Source of the DNA: Parvularculales bacterium
Lineage (GTDB): Bacteria > Pseudomonadota > Alphaproteobacteria > JAPOUT01 > JBAJNM01
Direction: 5' to 3'
Length of the DNA stretch: 64,000 nucleotides
NCBI GenBank assembly: GCA_036881865.1
Contig: JBAJNM010000001.1
Span: 86,847 to 150,846, forward strand
A program made the position numbers and the translations under genes. Of this stretch, positions 1-8,512 are shown in pieces. The stretch's first letter is position 1. The number at the start of each line of letters is the position of its first letter. Under the pieces are notes generated by a model. That model saw only the letters and a list, made by a program, of their open reading frames with translations. It was not told where the DNA came from and made no database searches.

Positions 1-590
1 CGAGACGGTCTCGCCCGGCGGAGTGTTTGTTTCATCAAGATGAGACAGGAGTATGGACAGATGCTACCCGGGTTAGGGGTGGGGTAGTACATAGGCGAAG
101 ACTCTTTCTAACGTCTGAGGGTGACAGTTTACGGGGGCAGGATATACTAAGCAGTAGTGTTCAGAGAAGCGGGCGTTCGGTTAAGGGAGAGGCGGTGCCT
201 TTTACTATCCGGTTTCATGTGCATCCGTCATGTCGGGCGTCTTTGGCTGCGGGTGGGCAATCGGTATTGATTGCACCGGAGCATGGGATGGGGTGGCGTT
301 TTATTGCGCGGTGTGGGGAGGTTCCTATTGCTATAACTCTGGAAGGTGGTGTTTATGTGGGGGAGGGTGCGGGGGAACACATTCGTCGAACCCACCAGAT
401 TGTCGTCACAAGCAAGACGCTCTCTAACATACAGTCAGACACGCAGATAATTATAAAATGGATGTTTCAGAAGCTGGAGCGAAGACCTTTTGATAAGGTC
501 GTATCAGCCTCTTCTGAACAGGATGGTTGTCAATTTTCACTTGATTTTGGAGAACCCGACCTGAAAAAAAACAAAAACGCTCAATTTTGA
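1..590 (+). other. G-rich region containing an open frame (TTG at 27; frame stays open back to the window edge); hypothetical, possibly a 5'-truncated gene or non-coding
   Basis: The 564-nt ORF has no in-frame stop upstream to position 3. The translation is Gly/Arg-rich and low-complexity, with no recognisable motifs. The minus strand is closed. Confidence 0.2.
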
Positions 591-722
591 CTAAGAATGA
601 TAAAAGTTCCGGCTATTTGTGCTATAAATCAATAGGTTAGTAAATTAGCTCCTGCTCATTCGACCCGCTCCCACTTTACAACGGTTTTTTGGGGGGACTT
701 AAGTATATAATTCCTTAAGATT
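591..722. repeat. ~130-bp repeat element copy A (TTAAGAAT..TTCCGGC..CAACGGYTTTTTGGG..AAGTATATAATT)
   Basis: About 75% identical over ~125 bp to 5380-5510. It contains the 12-mer AAGTATATAATT at 700-711. Confidence 0.6.
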
Positions 723-775
723 TCATCTCAGCGAGGACTGCGGGGCTTGCCAGCTTTAAGTACCGCAGAGATATA

Positions 776-2533
776 ATGGAGGTGCTTGTGAACGAACATC
801 AATGGGATTTGGTTTTGCGTGGCGGCAATATTGTCGATGGCACAGGTGTTCCACCTTATGTTGGTGATGTAGCTATTTGTGATGGCGTAATCGCTCAGGT
901 CGGTGAGGTATATGGTGTTGCAAAACGTGAGCTAGATGTGACAGGCTATCTGGTGACACCGGGCTTTGTTGACATCCATACACATTATGATGGTCAGGTG
1001 TTGTGGGATCAATGTCTTGCACCTTCATCCTGGCATGGTGTAACGACGGCTGTGATGGGAAATTGCGGTGTTGGTTTTGCGCCCTGCAAGCCCGAAGACC
1101 ATAAGCGTCTAATCAAGCTGATGGAAGGTGTGGAAGATATTCCAGGCGTCGTATTGGATGAGGGCTTACCCTGGAACTGGAAATCATTTCCTGAATACCT
1201 AGATGCGGTTGATATGCGCAATTATGACATTGATATAGCCGCACAACTGCCGCATGGGGCATTACGTCTTTATGTGATGGGTGATCGAGCCGAACGTCTG
1301 GAAAAAGCGACGCCAGATGATATCGAGACAATGGCAAAGATCGCAGCTGAAGCCGTTGAAGCCGGAGCGGTCGGGTTTTCAACATCGCGCACCATCAATC
1401 ACCGCACAAGCGATGGCAATCCAACGCCGTCACTGAAAGCGAGTGAGGATGAGCTGTCGGGGATCGCGATGGCGCTCAAGGAGAAGAACAAAGGTGTCCT
1501 GCAATTCGTGTCCGATTTTGACGATCCGAAGCAGGAAATGGCGATGCTACAAAACGTAGCGCGTGAGTCTGGTCGCCCTCTGTCTGTATCTCTGGCACAA
1601 AGTGACATAAACCCTGATGGTTGGCGGAATCTGCTGAGCTGGCTCTCAGTGTCAAATGATGAAGGCCTTGAGGTACGCGGTCAGGTTGCCGGTCGACCTG
1701 TAGGGATCATGCTGGGGTTTGATGTTACCCTGAACCCATTTGTAGGGTGCCCAACCTATCGTTCATTTGCAAACTTGCCACTGGCGGAAAAAGTATCGCG
1801 CCTGCGCCAAGCGGAAACCCGCTCTCAAATTCTGGAAGAATTTGAGGCAGGTGATTTCCCGGAAGGGCTCCGAATATTCATCAATTTCAATCGTATGTTT
1901 ATCCTCGGTGAACAACCCGACTATGAACAGGAAATTGACCAGAGCATCGGTGCCCGGGCCGTACGCCAAGGCCTTCGCGCCTCTGAGCTTGCTTTCTACG
2001 AAATGCTCAAGCATGACGGCCACGCGATGCTATACTTCCCATTTCTAAATTATGCACAAGGCTCTCTGGAGCCGAGTCTTGAAATGATGCAGCACAAGAA
2101 TACTGTTCTTGGTCTCGGGGATGGAGGGGCACATCTTGGATCAATTTGTGACGCGAGCTTCACGACGCATATGCTAACGTTTTGGACACGGGACCGAACG
2201 CGCGGAGCAAAATTGCCCATAGAAAAAGCCGTTAAGTGGCACAGTCACGATACCGCTGCCGCGGTGGGTCTTTTGGATCGCGGCTTACTGCAATCAGGAT
2301 ATAAGGCAGACATCAACGTTATCGATTATCATGGTCTGACGCTGCACGCGCCGCAAATGGTGCGCGACCTGCCTCACAAAAGCGGTCGATTGATGCAACA
2401 GGCCGATGGCTACAAATACGCGATTGTATCAGGGATCGTAACATATGAAGATGGCGAATGGACCGGGGCTACTCCCGGAAAACTTGTTCGCGGTGCACAA
2501 TCAGTAACCAACGAGCATAGGCGTGTCGCGTGA
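776..2533 (+). CDS. N-acyl-D-amino-acid deacylase (D-aminoacylase), amidohydrolase family
   Basis: 585 aa. Carries the metal-binding motif [12 protein letters not shown] and overall D-aminoacylase-like architecture. Confidence 0.75.
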   Translation: MEVLVNEHQWDLVLRGGNIVDGTGVPPYVGDVAICDGVIAQVGEVYGVAKRELDVTGYLVTPGFVDIHTHYDGQVLWDQCLAPSSWHGVTTAVMGNCGVGFAPCKPEDHKRLIKLMEGVEDIPGVVLDEGLPWNWKSFPEYLDAVDMRNYDIDIAAQLPHGALRLYVMGDRAERLEKATPDDIETMAKIAAEAVEAGAVGFSTSRTINHRTSDGNPTPSLKASEDELSGIAMALKEKNKGVLQFVSDFDDPKQEMAMLQNVARESGRPLSVSLAQSDINPDGWRNLLSWLSVSNDEGLEVRGQVAGRPVGIMLGFDVTLNPFVGCPTYRSFANLPLAEKVSRLRQAETRSQILEEFEAGDFPEGLRIFINFNRMFILGEQPDYEQEIDQSIGARAVRQGLRASELAFYEMLKHDGHAMLYFPFLNYAQGSLEPSLEMMQHKNTVLGLGDGGAHLGSICDASFTTHMLTFWTRDRTRGAKLPIEKAVKWHSHDTAAAVGLLDRGLLQSGYKADINVIDYHGLTLHAPQMVRDLPHKSGRLMQQADGYKYAIVSGIVTYEDGEWTGATPGKLVRGAQSVTNEHRRVA

Positions 2534-2765
2534 CGCGCTACCAGCCTTGAGAGATTCAGAAGACCCCCCACCAACTCCAAGTATCTAATTCGGGCACTTC
2601 TGTATATAAACCCCCTTTTTCATATTCTTTCTCTAGGCTTTCCCCAATTTCCGCCCTCTCCATCACTAGCCTTAAGAGCCGACGCAACATCAAGAGCGTG
2701 AATTGCCCCCTTGTTGTCTGGGCCCCGACTCGCTAACCTATTGAAAGCTATTTAGGAAGGTACCG

Positions 2766-5294
2766 ATGAAACTGGATTTTGCGACAACGTCGATGCTGGC
2801 CAATATGGCGCTCAATGAAGTGCCACCGCTGAATACGCTGAGCGCCGATGAGGCGCGGCTGGTTTTTGCTGAGATTTACCGTTCTATGCCACCAGGGCCT
2901 GAAAGCGTCAGTAGCGAAGACATTTCCATTGTCGTTGAGGGCGGCGAAATTCGCGGCCGTATTTTGCGCCCGGCCGATGAAGCGCAAGCCGTAATGATTT
3001 ACTATCATGGCGGCGGCTGGGTGATCGGTAATATTGACGATTATGATTTGGTCGGTCGTCATCTAGCCGAAAAAAACAACGCCATTGTGGTGATGATCGA
3101 TTACCGAAAAAGCCCGGAGCACAAATATCCGGTGCCGATGCGGGATTGCTATGCGGCCTTGAATTGGGTGGAAGATAACCGCACAAAAATCGGTGCTGAC
3201 AATCTGCCGCTGATTGTGGCCGGCGATAGCGCGGGCGGCAATTTATCGGCCGTCATGGCGCAAAAAACCGCCGCTGAAAATGGCCCGAAAATCGACTTGC
3301 AGCTATTGATTTATCCGGTGACGGATGGGCGGATGCAAACCGACAGCTTTACCCATGAGGATAAACAACTGTTCCTGACGGCTGAGTTGATGAGCCATTT
3401 CTGGGATCAATATGCCGATGAAAAACAACGTCTGGAGCCCGAAGCCTCGCCCCTCTTGGCGGGTAATCTGGCGGATGTCGCACCGGCTATTGTGCTGACG
3501 GCAGAGTTCGACATTCTGGTTGATGAAGGCAAAGCCTATGCCGATAAGCTGGATGAAGCTGGTAGGCTAGTTGCTTACAAATGTTTTGAAAGGCAAATGC
3601 ATGGCTTTTTCGCCATGCCGGATGCGCTACCGGTCGGCTTTGAGGCGATGGATTGGGCAACCCACGAAATCGCACGTCATATGGCACCGGTCGAGATGGT
3701 TGATGCGGTGGTGGTCGGAGCCGGCTTTTCCGGTATGTATCAATTGCACAAACTGCGCGAAATGGGCTTGTCAGTGAAAGTGTTTGAGGCAGGCGAAGAT
3801 GTTGGCGGCACCTGGTACTGGAACTGCTATCCCGGCGCCCGGGTTGATATTGAAAGCATGGCTTACTCTTTTTCTTTTTCGAAAGAGCTGGAACAGGACT
3901 GGGTGTGGTCGGAAAAATATTCGCCGCAACCCGAGTTACTGCGCTATGCACAACATGTCGCCGACCGGTTTGACTTAAAGCGTGATATTTCTTTCAACAT
4001 GCGTGTCACCAGCGCACATTTTGACGATGACAATAATGAATGGCTGGTCACTACTGAGTGCGGCAAGCGGGTGCGGGCACGCTTTTTAGTGATGGCCTCT
4101 GGCGTTTTATCAGCTGCCAAAACGCCCGATATTGCCGGTCGTGACAGATTTAAAGGCGAGACCTATAGAACCGGCCTGTGGCCGAAAGAAGGGGTAGATT
4201 TTACCGGCAAGCGTGTGGCCGTAATCGGCACTGGTTCGTCAGCCGTGCAGTCTATCCCGCTGATTGCCGAAGAAGCGGAAGAACTGGTGGTTTATCAGCG
4301 CACCGCTGCCTATTCGACACCGGCGCATAACCGACCTTTGATCAATTCCGAGATTGATACGATGAAGACTAATTATGATGCTTACCGGCAAGAGCAGCGC
4401 CGGACCCCGGCCGGTATTGTCAATCCGGAGCGCATGCCGGAGCGTACCATGGACGTGCCGGAAGAAGAACGTCGGCGGCGCTTTGAGCAAGCCTGGGATG
4501 GCGGGCTGCTAACCGGTCTATCGTCCACCTTCTCCGATATACTGGTTAATGAAGAGGCCAATAATGAAGTGTCGGAGTTTATCGGCGACCGCATTCGCGC
4601 GACCGTGAAAGACAAACAAACGGCGGAGGATTTGACGCCGAAAGCCTATCCTTACGGCACCAAGCGACCCTGTATCGATACGAATTATTACGAGACCTAT
4701 AATCGCGACAATGTCTCTCTGGTTAATTTGCAGCGCACGCCGATTGAGATGTTTACCGAAACGGGCATCAAAACCAGCGATGGATTGCGCGAATTTGATG
4801 CAATTGTTTATGCCACCGGTTTTGACGCCATGACCGGTGCGCTGCTACAGGTCGATATTCGTGGTCGCGGTGGGAGGCGTCTGGTTGATGCGTGGATTAA
4901 CGGGCCACGCTCTTACCTAGGTATTGCCATTCACGGCTTCCCCAATCTGTTCACCATTACCGGCCCATCAAGCCCGTCTGTGCTGTCTAATATGCTGGTA
5001 TCGATTGAGCAGCATGTCAATTGGGTGACCGATTGCATTGGCTGGATGCGCGAAAACGGCAAGACGGCGATTGAGCCGAGCGATGCGGCCGAGTGCGAAT
5101 GGGCAGAACACACTGCGCACCTCGCCAGTATGACCTTATTCCCGAAAGCCGATAGCTGGTATATGGGGGCCAATATGCCGGGCAAACCGCGTATGTTCCT
5201 TGCCTATGTCGGTGGTGTCGGCGCCTATCGGATGATATGCGATCAGGTTGCCGCCAATAATTATTACGGCTGTGAGTTTACACCTAAGGATTAG
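2766..5294 (+). CDS. Fusion protein: N-terminal alpha/beta-hydrolase (HSL-type esterase/lipase) + C-terminal Baeyer-Villiger (flavin-containing) monooxygenase
   Basis: The N-terminal half has YYHGGGWVIGN (HGGG oxyanion motif) and GDSAGGN (GxSxG). The C-terminal half has FAD GxGxxG (VVVGAGFSG), a BVMO fingerprint-like FKGETYRTGLWP, and NADP GxGxxA/G (VIGTGSSA). It is a single uninterrupted 842-aa ORF. Confidence 0.8.
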   Translation: MKLDFATTSMLANMALNEVPPLNTLSADEARLVFAEIYRSMPPGPESVSSEDISIVVEGGEIRGRILRPADEAQAVMIYYHGGGWVIGNIDDYDLVGRHLAEKNNAIVVMIDYRKSPEHKYPVPMRDCYAALNWVEDNRTKIGADNLPLIVAGDSAGGNLSAVMAQKTAAENGPKIDLQLLIYPVTDGRMQTDSFTHEDKQLFLTAELMSHFWDQYADEKQRLEPEASPLLAGNLADVAPAIVLTAEFDILVDEGKAYADKLDEAGRLVAYKCFERQMHGFFAMPDALPVGFEAMDWATHEIARHMAPVEMVDAVVVGAGFSGMYQLHKLREMGLSVKVFEAGEDVGGTWYWNCYPGARVDIESMAYSFSFSKELEQDWVWSEKYSPQPELLRYAQHVADRFDLKRDISFNMRVTSAHFDDDNNEWLVTTECGKRVRARFLVMASGVLSAAKTPDIAGRDRFKGETYRTGLWPKEGVDFTGKRVAVIGTGSSAVQSIPLIAEEAEELVVYQRTAAYSTPAHNRPLINSEIDTMKTNYDAYRQEQRRTPAGIVNPERMPERTMDVPEEERRRRFEQAWDGGLLTGLSSTFSDILVNEEANNEVSEFIGDRIRATVKDKQTAEDLTPKAYPYGTKRPCIDTNYYETYNRDNVSLVNLQRTPIEMFTETGIKTSDGLREFDAIVYATGFDAMTGALLQVDIRGRGGRRLVDAWINGPRSYLGIAIHGFPNLFTITGPSSPSVLSNMLVSIEQHVNWVTDCIGWMRENGKTAIEPSDAAECEWAEHTAHLASMTLFPKADSWYMGANMPGKPRMFLAYVGGVGAYRMICDQVAANNYYGCEFTPKD

Positions 5295-5404
5295 AATCTG
5301 GCACACCATATTCACGAAACGTTACTATTAAGAATTAGAATTTGGCACAGCATCCGGTTTTATCTGGGTCTTTTTGCGCATTAAGAATTAGAAAATTTCC
5401 GGCC
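5289..5404. repeat. Three TTAGAAT-type repeat units (5289-5307, 5327-5351, 5380-5404) forming the left end of the mini-island
   Basis: Units are GGATTAGAATCTGGCACACC / ATTAAGAATTAGAATTTGGCACAGC / ATTAAGAATTAGAAAATTTCCGGCC. Their reverse complements recur at 7850-7907. Confidence 0.6.
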
Positions 5405-5510
5405 ATTTGTTATATAAACCAATAAGTTAGCTAATTAGCCCTTGGTTGTTTGGCACGTTTCCGTTTTGCAACGGCTTTTTGGGAAATTATATACTTGAGG
5501 CCTAATTTTC
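5380..5510. repeat. ~130-bp repeat element copy B
   Basis: Aligns with 591-722. It contains the reverse complement of AAGTATATAATT at 5486-5497. Confidence 0.6.
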
Positions 5511-5988
5511 TTGGAGAACATTATATACACTACTAGGTGCTCATTTTGACGGCTATACCAGCGAGGGGCTGTTGAAAGCAAGCCCTACTTCATGAAGCCA
5601 CTACGATTTCTTCTTCAAGATCTATAGTCGACCTTTGCCGAGAACGGCTATAACCTCAACATTCTGTGCGCCGTCGATACCTTTGATGAAGAGGAAGAAA
5701 TAGATCTCGCCGAGGTACGGGCCGAAATCTGCGCCTGCCTGCGCGACCATCGGAAAAGGTCTATGGGTGTGATGAATCCACGCATCTTCAGCGATAGGAG
5801 GCAGAACGCCCAAAATTTGTGTCAACCATGAGAATCATCACAAGTTTCGCCGTTTTTTTATGCCAATACCATCAACACATACAAAAATTGTGCCAATCAA
5901 AATAATTGTCACAAATTTTGCCATTTTTTGTTACAATGATCGTCAATAGACACAAGTTTGACTCAATTTTGTTACAGAGAGAAAAGCA

Positions 5989-7098
5989 ATGAACACGTCG
6001 TACGCACAACAGTTAAAAGCTCTGCCACCGCAGGTTAACCTTGAAACGGTGGAGGTTTACAAGGCGCTGGCGGCGGCAAATCGAGCTTTGGGGGAGTTGA
6101 AAGGCAAGGCTTTGACCCTCCCCAATCAGAACATTCTAATTGATACGCTGTTCTTGCAGGAAGCGCTGGCCAGCTCCGAGATTGAAAATATAGTAACTAC
6201 CCAAGACGAAGTATTTCGGGCGGACCTATTCGCTGATACAGGCCCCGTGGAAGCCAAAGAGGTCACCCGCTACCGTGATGCCATGAAACTAGGTTATAAC
6301 TCATGGTGCGAAAACGGTTTTATCAGCGAGAACATGTTGATTGAGATGTTTCGCATCCTCAAACAGCGCAATGACGGATATCGCACAACGCCCGGCACGG
6401 TGCTACGCAATGCGCGGGGGGAAACGGTCTATACGCCGCCGCAAGATGCACAAGATATTGTGCGGCTGATGCGCGATTTGGAAGCCTTCATTAACGCAGA
6501 ACCGGACGATCTGGACCCGCTCATCCGCATGGCGCTCATCCATCATCAATTTGAAAGTATACACCCCTTCCCAGACGGTAACGGACGGGTAGGGCGGATG
6601 CTGAATGTGTTGTATCTGACCCACGCAGGTTTGCTGGATGCGCCCATTTTATATTTAAGCCGCGCCATTAACCACACCAAACCCGATTACTACCTTCTAT
6701 TGCGGGCAGTGCGCAACGAAGGCGTATGGCAAGAATGGGTTATCTATATGCTTGATGCAGTGACGGAAACGGCATTCTCCACCCTGCGTTTGGTGGAAGG
6801 CATACGTGATTTGATGCGCCAGACTAAGATTCGCTTGCGTGAAGAAGGACTCTACACGCAGGAATTGTTAAACAATCTGTTTCGCCATCCCTATACGCGC
6901 ATAGCTCCTGTCGCGCGAGATTTGAGGGTCCACTACAACACTGCCGCCAGCCGTCTGAAACAATTAGCCACCAAGGGCTTTGTTCAAGAGGTGAGAGAGG
7001 GGCGGAATAATTATTACATCAACGAACCTTTGGTAGCCTTGTTCGTAAGCGTATCAGGAGACGATAATCTGCAGGAGCATGATAAAAAAAGGTCCTGA
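5989..7098 (+). CDS. fic: Fic family protein (Fic/DOC; AMPylase-type), class II with intramolecular inhibitory motif
   Basis: Fic motif HPFPDGNGRVGR is present. The inhibitory [S/T]xxxE[G/N] motif (SSEIEN) lies N-terminal of the core. The C-terminus has a wHTH-like tail. Confidence 0.85.
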   Translation: MNTSYAQQLKALPPQVNLETVEVYKALAAANRALGELKGKALTLPNQNILIDTLFLQEALASSEIENIVTTQDEVFRADLFADTGPVEAKEVTRYRDAMKLGYNSWCENGFISENMLIEMFRILKQRNDGYRTTPGTVLRNARGETVYTPPQDAQDIVRLMRDLEAFINAEPDDLDPLIRMALIHHQFESIHPFPDGNGRVGRMLNVLYLTHAGLLDAPILYLSRAINHTKPDYYLLLRAVRNEGVWQEWVIYMLDAVTETAFSTLRLVEGIRDLMRQTKIRLREEGLYTQELLNNLFRHPYTRIAPVARDLRVHYNTAASRLKQLATKGFVQEVREGRNNYYINEPLVALFVSVSGDDNLQEHDKKRS

Positions 7099-7133
7099 AG
7101 ATACAAAAATATTATCTAAAAGAGGGCGACTCG

Positions 7134-7385
7134 ATGAGAAAAAACTATGCACAGGAGTATATTAATAACCTCGTATCTGAAGGCCGATATTGTGTATCAA
7201 CCGAGGGAGCGCGGGAAACTCTGGGCGTCACCACAGATACCATCAGGAATGCGCTTTTTTGGTGGTGTGTCGCTATAGCAGTATTTGAACTGGTCCTCTA
7301 TACGGGAGTTTTGGGCGGTCTGGCTTTCATTGTTGCCCCGCATATTGTCTCCTCTTTCATCCTCACTCTGCCTCAGGTATCTTGA
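7134..7385 (+). CDS. small hypothetical protein: N-terminal wHTH-like segment + C-terminal transmembrane helix
   Basis: A good RBS (AGAGGG) sits 8 nt upstream of the ATG. The C-terminal hydrophobic stretch is WWCVAIAVFELVLYTGVLGGLAFIV. The ORF is 83 aa. Confidence 0.4.
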   Translation: MRKNYAQEYINNLVSEGRYCVSTEGARETLGVTTDTIRNALFWWCVAIAVFELVLYTGVLGGLAFIVAPHIVSSFILTLPQVS

Positions 7386-7843
7386 AGCAAACGATGGCTA
7401 ACGTAGATACTTCGCACGGATATTTTGGTATTCGAATACCGAAGATTGAATTTTCTGAATGGTACGCACGGGATGATGTAAAAAACAATCCTCATAGAAA
7501 CCAACCAGGGGTTTATATTATTGCGCGATTTGTTCATAAACCAGAAGGAACGGCAGATTATAATGCGAAAGAAATACTGTGCGTTGGTGAAACGACGAGG
7601 GATATTCACACACGGTTGAAGCAGTTTTTCAGAGCAGCTAAAAACGGAAAAACAAATCACAATCCGGGTAAAAAATTTTTTCGAAAATTCTCTGGTAATC
7701 TTGACAATATTTACGTTGCTAGTTTTTCACCTGAGCTTGAGGAAGAACATTGTCTGGACCCCTTTATTCGTTACCTAGAGCGTAAGTTAATCTTGGAATA
7801 TGCCATTAAGCACGGCTCGATTCCATTTTGTAACAGTGAGTGA
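7382..7843 (+). CDS. GIY-YIG nuclease domain-like protein (start TTG 7382 or ATG 7394)
   Basis: GVYII ... ILCVGETTRDIHTRLKQFF resembles the UvrC-type GIY..YVGKAxDLRKRLxxYF block with an insertion. The downstream E..LILEY...N block is also present. Confidence 0.45.
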   Translation: MKQTMANVDTSHGYFGIRIPKIEFSEWYARDDVKNNPHRNQPGVYIIARFVHKPEGTADYNAKEILCVGETTRDIHTRLKQFFRAAKNGKTNHNPGKKFFRKFSGNLDNIYVASFSPELEEEHCLDPFIRYLERKLILEYAIKHGSIPFCNSE

Positions 7844-7849
7844 ATATGG

Positions 7850-7907
7850 ATTCTAATCCTTAATGGTAAAATTCTAGTTCTTAATAGTAAATTCTAATTC
7901 TTAGCTA
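7850..7907. repeat. Three tandem ~21-bp repeats (ATTCTAATCCTTAATGG / ATTCTAGTTCTTAATAG / ATTCTAATTCTTAGCTA) forming the right end of the island
   Basis: They are the reverse complement of the left-end units. Exact 13-mers TAAGAATTAGAAT and TAAGGATTAGAAT are shared. Confidence 0.6.
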
Positions 7908-7934
7908 TAAACGACAACGGCTTTGTTTCTTAGG

Positions 7935-8010
7935 TGGTGGAGCCGAGGGGAATCGAACCCCTGACCTCAGCATTGCGAACGCTGCGCTCTCCCAACTGAG
8001 CTACGGCCCC
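7935..8010 (-). tRNA. tRNA-Ala (anticodon CGC)
   Basis: Reverse complement is GGGGCCGTAGCTCAGTTGGGAGAGCGCAGCGTTCGCAATGCTGAGGTCAGGGGTTCGATTCCCCTCGGCTCCACCA. It folds as a cloverleaf with a G3:U70 Ala identity pair, anticodon loop TTCGCAA, and an encoded CCA. Confidence 0.9.
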
Positions 8011-8221
8011 CTACGTCTTCCCCTGCTATTACACCAATCAAACAGAAAGTAGACCATTGTGGAAAATACACCAATTTCTGTCAATCTATATACTGGGCGA
8101 CATACTCGCCTTTTCTATGTCAGACTTGCGCTCCAACCGACATAGGGATACACATAAGGTGCACCAGAAAACAACGTGAGAGGGCTTATCCCTCCTGCTG
8201 TATGCCATACAGGTTTTTAAC

Positions 8222-8509
8222 ATGCAGTCTCTTCTTATCCTTATCAGCCAAATTATCCAACTTTATATATGGGTGGTTATTATCAGTGCCGTTATGAGTT
8301 GGCTGGTAGCGTTTAATGTTATTAATACCAGCAATCGATTTGTTTACACGGTGATTTATACTCTGAACCGGCTAACAGAGCCTGCATTGCGCCCTATCCG
8401 TAACCTGTTGCCTGATATGGGGGGAATTGACCTATCGCCTGTTGTTTTGATTTTAGGTTTATTCTTTGTGCAAAATCTCCTGTGGGAGTTCTTTGGCTCT
8501 CTGTATTGA
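8222..8509 (+). CDS. yggT: YggT family membrane protein
   Basis: 95 aa with the conserved TEPALRPIRNLLPDMGGIDLSPVVLIL segment typical of YggT/Ycf19. Confidence 0.65.
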   Translation: MQSLLILISQIIQLYIWVVIISAVMSWLVAFNVINTSNRFVYTVIYTLNRLTEPALRPIRNLLPDMGGIDLSPVVLILGLFFVQNLLWEFFGSLY

Positions 8510-8512
8510 ATA

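Larger units (their letters stand above)
5289..7934. mobile_element. AT-rich mini-island abutting the tRNA-Ala 3' end, bounded by inverted arrays of repeats; cargo is Fic + small TM protein + GIY-YIG-like; no recombinase (non-autonomous or decayed)
   Basis: Composition shifts versus flanks. The island ends at the tRNA 3' end, has inverted multi-copy end repeats, and its cargo is typical of islands. Confidence 0.45.

Noticed and set aside
1-25. Hairpin CGAGAC-G-GTCTCG at the window start followed by a T-rich stretch as terminator of an upstream gene
   Set aside because: The stem is very short, the context beyond the window edge is unknown, and it sits in a frame-open region.
5327-5404. CtrA-type TTAA-N7-TTAA boxes within ATTAAGAATTAGAA repeats
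   Set aside because: The second half-site reads AATT or GAAT rather than TTAA(C). The spacing does not fit the CtrA consensus.
8011-8221. Palindrome CTATGTCAG...CCGACATAG between tRNA-Ala and yggT
   Set aside because: The stem is 7 bp with a 17-nt loop and no flanking T-tract. It is more likely to be chance or part of the yggT promoter region.
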